A DNA stretch of 64,000 nt from Verrucomicrobiota bacterium (GTDB lineage: Bacteria; Verrucomicrobiota; Verrucomicrobiia; Limisphaerales; UBA11358): contig JBEKMW010000009.1 in the NCBI GenBank assembly GCA_049523455.1, forward strand, positions 6,758 through 70,757. Direction: 5' to 3'. The stretch's first letter is position 1. Each line of letters opens with the position of its first letter. Both the position numbers and the translations under genes were made by a program. The notes beneath the pieces were generated by a model. That model made no database searches and had not been told where the DNA came from. It was given only the letters and a program-made list of their open reading frames with translations. Of this stretch, positions 57,650-64,000 are shown in pieces.

Positions 57650-59017
57650 ATGCGACAGATTCTCGCCATAGCTGGATTGACTTGGAAGGCCGCCTTCCGA
57701 TTCCGGCTGTTCCTCGTCATGGCGGTGCTCTTGCTCGCGTCCGTGGTTGGCCTGCCATTGATCATCAAGGACGATGGCACGGCGCGCGGTTTCACGCAGA
57801 TCCTGTTGACCTACACCCTGAGCATCATCACGATGCTGCTCGGGCTTTCGACGCTGTGGCTGGCGTGCGGAACGCTGGCCCGGGACATCGAGGAATGCCA
57901 GATCCAGGTGGTGGCCACCAAGCCCGTCGCCCGCTGGCAGATCTGGCTGGGGAAATGGCTGGGCCTGGTGTCGCTCAACGCGGCGTTGCTGGCTTTGTCG
58001 GGGGCCTGCGTCTATGGGCTCTTATACTGGCGTTCCGCAAGGCTCCCGGTGGCCCAACAGAAGATTTTGCGCCAGGAAGTGCTGGTGGCGCGCGGTTCGG
58101 CCAAGCCATCCAACTTAAACGCGGAGATTGAAGCCCAAACCGACCAGGCTTTGAGGCGTGTGCTCACGAACACACCCGTGGCTCCGGCGGAAATCCCGGC
58201 GGTGCGCACGCAAATTCGCGAGCAGGTCAAAATGCAGTATGAACTGGTGCCGCCGGATTATGCGCACCGGTGGCAGATTGATCTCGGTTTGGCGAAAAAT
58301 TATTTGCGCGACCAGCCGCTCCAATTGCGCGTGAGATTCAACACCGCCGCGTGGGACGTAAACAGCACCTACCTGGCGTATTGGCGAGTGGGCGCGACGA
58401 ATTCGCCCAATGTCTGGGAACCGCCCGTGCCGATGAGTCTCTCCGCAAACACGTTCCATGAATTTCAAATCTCCCCAAATCTTTTCGACGCCCATGGCGT
58501 GTTAACGGTCATTTTTATCAATCCCAACAATACGGCGCTTACCTTTCCGCTCGATGAGGGAATTGAAGTGCTGTATCCGCAGGGCGGTTTTGCGCCGAAC
58601 TTTGCGCGCGGCCTGGGAATCATATGGTGTTGGATGGCGCTGCTCGCCGCGCTGGGATTGACGGCGGCAAGTTTTCTTTCGTTTCCGGTGGCGGCGTTCT
58701 TCTCGCTGGCCGTCCTGCTGGTCGTCCTGTCTGGCGGCGTGCTCGCCGAGGCAGCGGATGCCGGCACAATCGGCAACGGAGCCCCCGGGCCTGTTGACGT
58801 CGTGGTGATTCCGATCTTCAAGGCCCTGCTGGTGCCCATCCATCTAATCGGGGAGTTTTCGCCCATTGACGCGTTGAGTACGGGGCGCAGCATCCCGTGG
58901 AGTGAGTTGGGGGCGGCGTTCGGCCAGATCGTACTGCTCTTTGGCGGTGTGACGGCCATCATCGGCATCGCGCTGTTGCATCGGCGCGAACTGGCCACGG
59001 CCCAAGGCAGCCAATGA
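57650..59017 (+). CDS. ABC-2-type permease-like membrane protein with a large extracytoplasmic loop
   Basis: MRQILAIAGLTWKAAFRFRLFLVMAVLLL...ECQIQVVATKPVARWQIWLGKWLG. The ORF is open from 57131, but ATG 57650 follows the ATPase stop. Confidence 0.8.
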   Translation: MRQILAIAGLTWKAAFRFRLFLVMAVLLLASVVGLPLIIKDDGTARGFTQILLTYTLSIITMLLGLSTLWLACGTLARDIEECQIQVVATKPVARWQIWLGKWLGLVSLNAALLALSGACVYGLLYWRSARLPVAQQKILRQEVLVARGSAKPSNLNAEIEAQTDQALRRVLTNTPVAPAEIPAVRTQIREQVKMQYELVPPDYAHRWQIDLGLAKNYLRDQPLQLRVRFNTAAWDVNSTYLAYWRVGATNSPNVWEPPVPMSLSANTFHEFQISPNLFDAHGVLTVIFINPNNTALTFPLDEGIEVLYPQGGFAPNFARGLGIIWCWMALLAALGLTAASFLSFPVAAFFSLAVLLVVLSGGVLAEAADAGTIGNGAPGPVDVVVIPIFKALLVPIHLIGEFSPIDALSTGRSIPWSELGAAFGQIVLLFGGVTAIIGIALLHRRELATAQGSQ

Positions 59018-60558
59018 ACAGCCGCGCCAGAAGAATCCTCCTGCTCCTGCTGGCCGCCGCCTTGCTCGCCGGTGCGGGCCGCGTGCAGCAGTCTTTAAAC
59101 CGCGACCGGGACACGCTGGGCCTCACGCAGACCGCCACCCTCCAGAATGCCCCTCCCTTGCTGGCGTTCACCACCGTCGCGCTGGGCGGCTTTCGCGGCT
59201 TGATTTCCAATTACCTTTGGATTCGCTCGAATGACCTCCAATTGGACGATAAGTATTTCGAAGCCGCGCAACTGGCAGACTGGATTACGGACCTCGAGCC
59301 GCGCTTCGCGACCGTCTGGGTTTTTGAAGCCTGGAACATGGCCTTCAACATTTCGGTGAAGTTCAAGGATTTCTCCGACCGCTGGAACTGGCTGCAACGC
59401 GGCATCGAGCTGCTGCGCGACCGCGCCTTGCTATATAACCCGGACTCCGTCCCCATTTATCAGCAACTCGCCTGGTTCTATCAGTTCAAGATGGGCGGCT
59501 ACCTCGATGACGCGCAGGTCTATTACAAGGGGAAATGGGCGCTGGAAATGATGCCCTTCTTCGGTCCCAAAGGGACCAATTTCACCGCCCTGGTCAACCC
59601 GCAAACCGCGCAGGAAAAGGCCAACGCCGCCGGGTTCAAGGAGAAATACAAGATTGACCCGGTCTTCGCCGAAAAGGTGAATTCCCAATGGGGCCCGCTC
59701 GACTGGCGGTTGCCGGAGGCGCATGCGATTTACTGGGCCTCGGTCGGCCTGCAAAAGGCGAAGGAAGATCCTGACAAGGTCAAACCGGGCGACCTCATTC
59801 AACTGCGCCGCGTGATCTACCAATCCATGCTTCAGGCATTCCATCACGGGCGCTTTATTGCCAACCCCTTTACCAATCAGTACACGTTGGGGCCGAACCT
59901 GGACCTGGTGGCCAAGGTCAACAACGCCTATTTGACCGAGATGAAGGAAGACCCGCCCAGCAGCAATGAAATCGCCGTGGCCCACCGCAACTTCCTGCGT
60001 GATGCGGTCTATTTCCTTTACTCCAACAACCGCGTGGCCGAAGCGGCCAATTGGTATCGTGACCTTGGCCAGCGCTATCCCGATAAAACCATCCTTGACA
60101 AGGTTCCGGATTCTCTTCCGAAAAACCTCACCTTGGATCAGTATGCGGCTGACCGCGTGCAGGAAGACATTGGTGATTTTTCAGAGGAACGCACCATCTC
60201 GGATATCCAAGGATTGCTGGGCACCGCCTATTACAACCTGGCGATTGGAGAAGATGACCATTACCAGGGGCTTTTGTTAGAGGCCCACCAGCTTTATGAG
60301 AACTATCAAAAAAGATTGCAAGCCTTCGACACGACCAAGCGCATCGTTCTTCCTCCTTTTCCAACCATGAACCAAACCGTGCGGAATAGTATTCTTGATC
60401 CGAAGAACGGTGCGCCCTATGCCATGCGCGCCGTCATCCGCACCCAGTTGGGGCTGCAGCCGGAGTCCAGCAACCCTCCTGCTGCTTCCACTAACGCCCC
60501 GCCGGAGTCCGGGACCAACACCGTGGAGAACCCCGCCACCAATTCAACGCCGCCGTAA
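59014..60558 (+). CDS. Conserved-looking hypothetical protein, N-terminal signal anchor (514 aa)
   Basis: ATGA-coupled to the permease gene. Helical repeat-like body. No motif recognised. Confidence 0.75.
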   Translation: MNSRARRILLLLLAAALLAGAGRVQQSLNRDRDTLGLTQTATLQNAPPLLAFTTVALGGFRGLISNYLWIRSNDLQLDDKYFEAAQLADWITDLEPRFATVWVFEAWNMAFNISVKFKDFSDRWNWLQRGIELLRDRALLYNPDSVPIYQQLAWFYQFKMGGYLDDAQVYYKGKWALEMMPFFGPKGTNFTALVNPQTAQEKANAAGFKEKYKIDPVFAEKVNSQWGPLDWRLPEAHAIYWASVGLQKAKEDPDKVKPGDLIQLRRVIYQSMLQAFHHGRFIANPFTNQYTLGPNLDLVAKVNNAYLTEMKEDPPSSNEIAVAHRNFLRDAVYFLYSNNRVAEAANWYRDLGQRYPDKTILDKVPDSLPKNLTLDQYAADRVQEDIGDFSEERTISDIQGLLGTAYYNLAIGEDDHYQGLLLEAHQLYENYQKRLQAFDTTKRIVLPPFPTMNQTVRNSILDPKNGAPYAMRAVIRTQLGLQPESSNPPAASTNAPPESGTNTVENPATNSTPP

Positions 60559-60565
60559 CCCTGCA

Positions 60566-60590
60566 GTAGGACAGGCGTCGCGCCTGTCTC
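60566..60590. repeat. Intergenic half-copy of the GTAGGACAGGC...GCCTGTC element family
   Basis: GTAGGACAGGCGTCGCGCCTGTCTC forms the hairpin GACAGGCG/CGCCTGTC. Confidence 0.8.
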
Positions 60591-60622
60591 TGACTTTCAA
60601 ATCAGTATAATTTGTCCCACCC

Positions 60623-62377
60623 GTGACGAAGACGAATTCCAACGACGGCCCGACGCGGGACGTTCGACCGCGCAGCGAGCGTCCCCTCCGCGTCGGCTTG
60701 ATTTCGCTCGGCTGCGCCAAGAATCTGGTGGATGCCGAGGTCATGCTCGGTTCGCTCCTCCAGCACGGCATGGAAATCACCAATGATGCCGCGCAGGCCG
60801 ACGCGGTGATCGTCAACACTTGTTCATTCATTGACGCCGCACAGGAAGAAAGTGTGGACGCCATTCTCGAATCCGTCGCGCTGCGCGAGGCCAACCGTCG
60901 TGGCCAGGCCGTCATCGTGTCGGGTTGCCTGCCGCAGCGCTTTCGCGGGGAGCTGCCGCAGCTCCTGCCGGAGGTGGACGCTTTCATGGGCATTGATCAA
61001 GTCACGCGCGTCGGCCAAATCGTGGAGGATGCGCTCCAGAACCGGCGCAACCGGATGGGGAAACAGCCCACATCGCAGAGTGAATTCCGGCCCGCGAAAG
61101 CAAAAATCACCGGACGGATTGCGGTATTGGAGAAGAATCGTGCCGCCGAAGAGCGTGTTCGCCCCGCTGAGACCGGATTTCCCCATTTAACGCAACCCGC
61201 AACCCGCAACACCTCAGCCGCATCCGTGCCAATCCTCGAGGTCACCCCTCGTCCCGCCTTCGTTCCCGATTTTGCCACGCCGCGTTTTCGTCTTACCCCG
61301 CGTCATTTTGCCTACGTCAAAATCGCCGAGGGCTGCAACCATCCGTGCAGCTTTTGCATCATTCCCCGGATGCGCGGTCCGCACCGCAGCCGCCGGCAGG
61401 CGGACATCGTGGCCGAAGTGCGCGCACTCCTTGCCGATGGGGTCAGGGAAATCAACCTCATCTCGCAGGATTCCACCTACTATGGCCTTGATTTGCGCCG
61501 GCCCGCAGCAGGCATCAGTAGCCCGCAAGAAGCATCACACCCTTCGCGCGCGATTTCGTCGCCGGAAAAGTTCTCCGCCACGGTAGAATCCCTGCCGGCC
61601 AATGCCGCCACGCTTTGCACCCTGCTGCGCGACTTGAACTCCCTGCCCGGCGATTTCTGGATTCGACTCCTTTACACCCATCCGGCGCATTGGACGGATG
61701 AACTCATCCAGACTATTGCGGGCTGTTCCAAGGTGGCGCGTTATGTGGACATCCCCCTCCAGCACATCCATGAGAACATGCTCGAACGCATGCGGCGCGA
61801 GACTTCCCAGCAATACCTCGTGGACCTGCTCCGCAGAATCCGCGCCGGGGTGCCGGGCATCGCCTTGCGAACGACGTTCATCGTGGGCTTTCCCGGCGAA
61901 ACCGAACAGAGTTTTGCCACGCTGCTCGATTTTATCCGCGAAACCAAATTCGAACGCCTGGGGGTGTTCGCCTATTCCCGCGAAGCGGGCACGCGCGCAG
62001 GTGCCATGGCCGGCCAGATTTCCGAACGGGTGAAGCAAAAGCGCCGCGAACTCGCCATGGCCGAGCAGCGCCGGATCGCCCGGAAAGTGTCGGAATCGTT
62101 TGTGGGCCGTGACATCAAAGTTTTGGTTGAAGGCCCGGCCGACGCGAAACAAGGGACGCCAGCCAACGTCAGCTCCTGGGAGCACGGCTGGCTCCGCAGG
62201 CCGGCTGCCCGCGCCCCGCGTACCACGGCGGGCCGCTGCTTCATTGCCCGCGGCGAAGCGGACGCCCCGGATATTGACGGACGGGTCTTCGTTCGCGGCC
62301 GGTTGCCCGTGGGCGAATTTGCCCGCGTCAAAATCGTGGGCCACACGGACTACGATTTGCTGGCCGAGCCGGTTTGA
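60623..62377 (+). CDS. rimO: Ribosomal protein S12 methylthiotransferase
   Basis: ISLGCAKNLVDAE, VNTCSFI, LTPRHFAYVKIAEGCNHPCSFCIIPRMRG, IPLQH, FIVGFPGETE, TRAM tail ADAPDIDG. 584 aa compared with about 440 typical. Confidence 0.92.
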   Translation: MTKTNSNDGPTRDVRPRSERPLRVGLISLGCAKNLVDAEVMLGSLLQHGMEITNDAAQADAVIVNTCSFIDAAQEESVDAILESVALREANRRGQAVIVSGCLPQRFRGELPQLLPEVDAFMGIDQVTRVGQIVEDALQNRRNRMGKQPTSQSEFRPAKAKITGRIAVLEKNRAAEERVRPAETGFPHLTQPATRNTSAASVPILEVTPRPAFVPDFATPRFRLTPRHFAYVKIAEGCNHPCSFCIIPRMRGPHRSRRQADIVAEVRALLADGVREINLISQDSTYYGLDLRRPAAGISSPQEASHPSRAISSPEKFSATVESLPANAATLCTLLRDLNSLPGDFWIRLLYTHPAHWTDELIQTIAGCSKVARYVDIPLQHIHENMLERMRRETSQQYLVDLLRRIRAGVPGIALRTTFIVGFPGETEQSFATLLDFIRETKFERLGVFAYSREAGTRAGAMAGQISERVKQKRRELAMAEQRRIARKVSESFVGRDIKVLVEGPADAKQGTPANVSSWEHGWLRRPAARAPRTTAGRCFIARGEADAPDIDGRVFVRGRLPVGEFARVKIVGHTDYDLLAEPV

Positions 62378-62384
62378 TTTTGCC

Positions 62385-63197
62385 ATGACAATCCGGCCCT
62401 CCGGACGTACATTCCGCACGATGGCCAAACCGCCTTTGATTCTCGTATCGCCCAGCATCGAAAAACGAGGCGTTGAATTTCACGACCTTTCGGTGAGCCT
62501 TTCGGTCCAATACGATCTGGCGGTGCTCCAGTCCGGCGGCATTCCCGTGACGGCTCCCACCACGACTGATCGCGCCGTGCTGGCCGAATGCGTGCGCCGC
62601 GTGGACGGCGTGATGCTCACGGGGGGCGACGACATCAACCCCGATCTTTACGATGCGGATTTGCCGCGGCCGGTGCGCCGGACGGTGGGCCAGACCCCGG
62701 ACGGAGGCGGGCGCGATTTGCGGGAATTGACGTTGATTGACGAAACGTTCCGGCAGCACAAACCGCTGCTGGCGATTTGCCGGGGCCACCAATTGCTAAA
62801 CGTGGCGTTCGGCGGCGGGTTGGTGGCGGACATCCGGCGGCAGGTGCCGGGTGCGCTGAATCATCAACGGATGGACCAGGCGGAGGATTTGGTGCACGAA
62901 GTAGCATTGACAGCGGGGTCATTACTGGCCAAGATTGCGGGCGAGCGGATTGTGGGCGTGAACAGTTCACATCATCAGGCCGTATGGCAGCCCGCCAAGC
63001 CCCTGATGGCGGTGGGAAGGAGCCGTGACGGCATTGTGGAGGCAATGGAGTTGCAGCCGGAGGCCGCCAGGGCGGTGCCGTTCTTGTTGAGCGTGCAATT
63101 TCATCCCGAACGGCTGGCCGCAAAGTCCGCGCAACATCGCGCCATATTTGACCGGTTTATTCAAGTCTGTGCGCAGCCAAAGGGCCGCATATTATGA
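62385..63197 (+). CDS. Class-I glutamine amidotransferase, peptidase C26 / PuuD-like gamma-glutamyl hydrolase family
   Basis: LTGGDDINP, LLAICRGHQLLNVAFGG, NSSHHQA, SVQFHPE. An alternative start lies at 62421. Confidence 0.85.
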   Translation: MTIRPSGRTFRTMAKPPLILVSPSIEKRGVEFHDLSVSLSVQYDLAVLQSGGIPVTAPTTTDRAVLAECVRRVDGVMLTGGDDINPDLYDADLPRPVRRTVGQTPDGGGRDLRELTLIDETFRQHKPLLAICRGHQLLNVAFGGGLVADIRRQVPGALNHQRMDQAEDLVHEVALTAGSLLAKIAGERIVGVNSSHHQAVWQPAKPLMAVGRSRDGIVEAMELQPEAARAVPFLLSVQFHPERLAAKSAQHRAIFDRFIQVCAQPKGRIL

Positions 63198-64000
63198 AGG
63201 GTAAAATTCTGGTCGTTGACGATGAAGCCGACATCCGGCAGTTGTTGAGCGCCATTCTGGAGGAGCAGTATGAGGTCGCCGAGGCCGGCAGTGGCGCGGC
63301 GTTGCAGAAGCTGCTGGCCCAGGACGCGCCGGACGTGGTGTTGCTGGACGTGAAACTGCCGGACGCCGACGGCCTGGACCTGCTCCCGCAAATCAAACGG
63401 CGCTGGCCGGACACGGAGGTCATCGTGTTGAGCGGCCACGGTACCATCACCATGGCCGTGGAGGCAGGCAAGCGCGGCGCTTACAATTTCCTGGGCAAGC
63501 CCTTCGAAGCCGAAAAGCTGCTGGCCGACGTGAAGTGCGCCCTCGATCGCAAACAGCAGAGCGAGGAGAACAGCTCACTCCGGCGCGCGTTGGAAACCAT
63601 GAGCGGCACGGCTTCGCCCATCTTCCGCAGCGCCGCCATGCAGGAAGTCGTGCGCACCGTCGAACGCATCGCGCCCAGCGACGTGACAGTGCTCATCACC
63701 GGCGAAAGCGGCACGGGCAAGGAAGTCATCGCCGACCTCACCCATGCGCTCAGCCCGCGCAGCAAGGGCAAAATCATCAAAATCAACTGCGCCGCGTTGC
63801 CGCGCGAGTTGATTGAAAGCGAGCTGTTCGGTTCCGTCAAAGGCGCCTTCACCGGCGCGCATTCGGACCGCGAGGGCCTGTTCCGCCAGGCCGAGGGCGG
63901 CACGCTGCTGCTCGACGAAATTTCCGAAATGCCCGTGGATACGCAAAGCAAATTGCTCCGGGTGTTGCAGGACCAGGAGGTGCGGCCCGTGGGCGGCAAG
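63194..64000 (+). CDS. Sigma-54-dependent response regulator (NtrC class), N-terminal part, runs off the window
   Basis: MKGKILVVDDEADIR...LLDVKLPDADG, GESGTGKE, ESELFGSVKGAFTGA. ATGA overlap with the upstream gene. Confidence 0.9.
   Translation, partial: MKGKILVVDDEADIRQLLSAILEEQYEVAEAGSGAALQKLLAQDAPDVVLLDVKLPDADGLDLLPQIKRRWPDTEVIVLSGHGTITMAVEAGKRGAYNFLGKPFEAEKLLADVKCALDRKQQSEENSSLRRALETMSGTASPIFRSAAMQEVVRTVERIAPSDVTVLITGESGTGKEVIADLTHALSPRSKGKIIKINCAALPRELIESELFGSVKGAFTGAHSDREGLFRQAEGGTLLLDEISEMPVDTQSKLLRVLQDQEVRPVGGK

Overview
High-GC bacterial chromosomal window (57% G+C in one sampled 60-nt housekeeping line). Gene content and repeat families are reminiscent of Verrucomicrobiota or other PVC bacteria, but that is inference only. 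About 55 protein genes are supportable.

The housekeeping backbone is: guaB (3' end), gcvP, an EF-G paralogue, miaB, a PiT transporter with its DUF47 partner, pdxH, gyrA, gyrB, hisC, a two-gene pta, purL, rimO, a heavy-metal P-type ATPase, an ABC exporter, three tandem SPFH genes, and two sigma-54 response regulators.

Three accessory patches interrupt this backbone:
- A low-GC cassette at about 8.2-10.3 kb (PspA-like protein, mini-TM protein, novel secreted protein), bracketed by IS66 and RAYT transposase fragments and an ORF6N gene.
- A lipoprotein and RCC1-repeat islet at 12.7-15.6 kb.
- A tightly packed DUF4160-DUF2442-HicB array at 42.1-43.9 kb, followed by a low-GC gene for a PD-(D/E)xK-like protein that abuts purL.

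The most unusual signal is not a gene. The window is saturated with several families of palindromic REP/REPIN-like elements and 7-8 bp tandem arrays. An intact REP-associated tyrosine transposase (RAYT) gene is present. Copies of the same DNA repeat families sit in frame inside essential genes (gcvP, miaB, purL, probably rimO), analogous to Rickettsia palindromic elements.

I found no rRNA, tRNA or CRISPR by eye. All family assignments are motif recognition from memory, not database searches.
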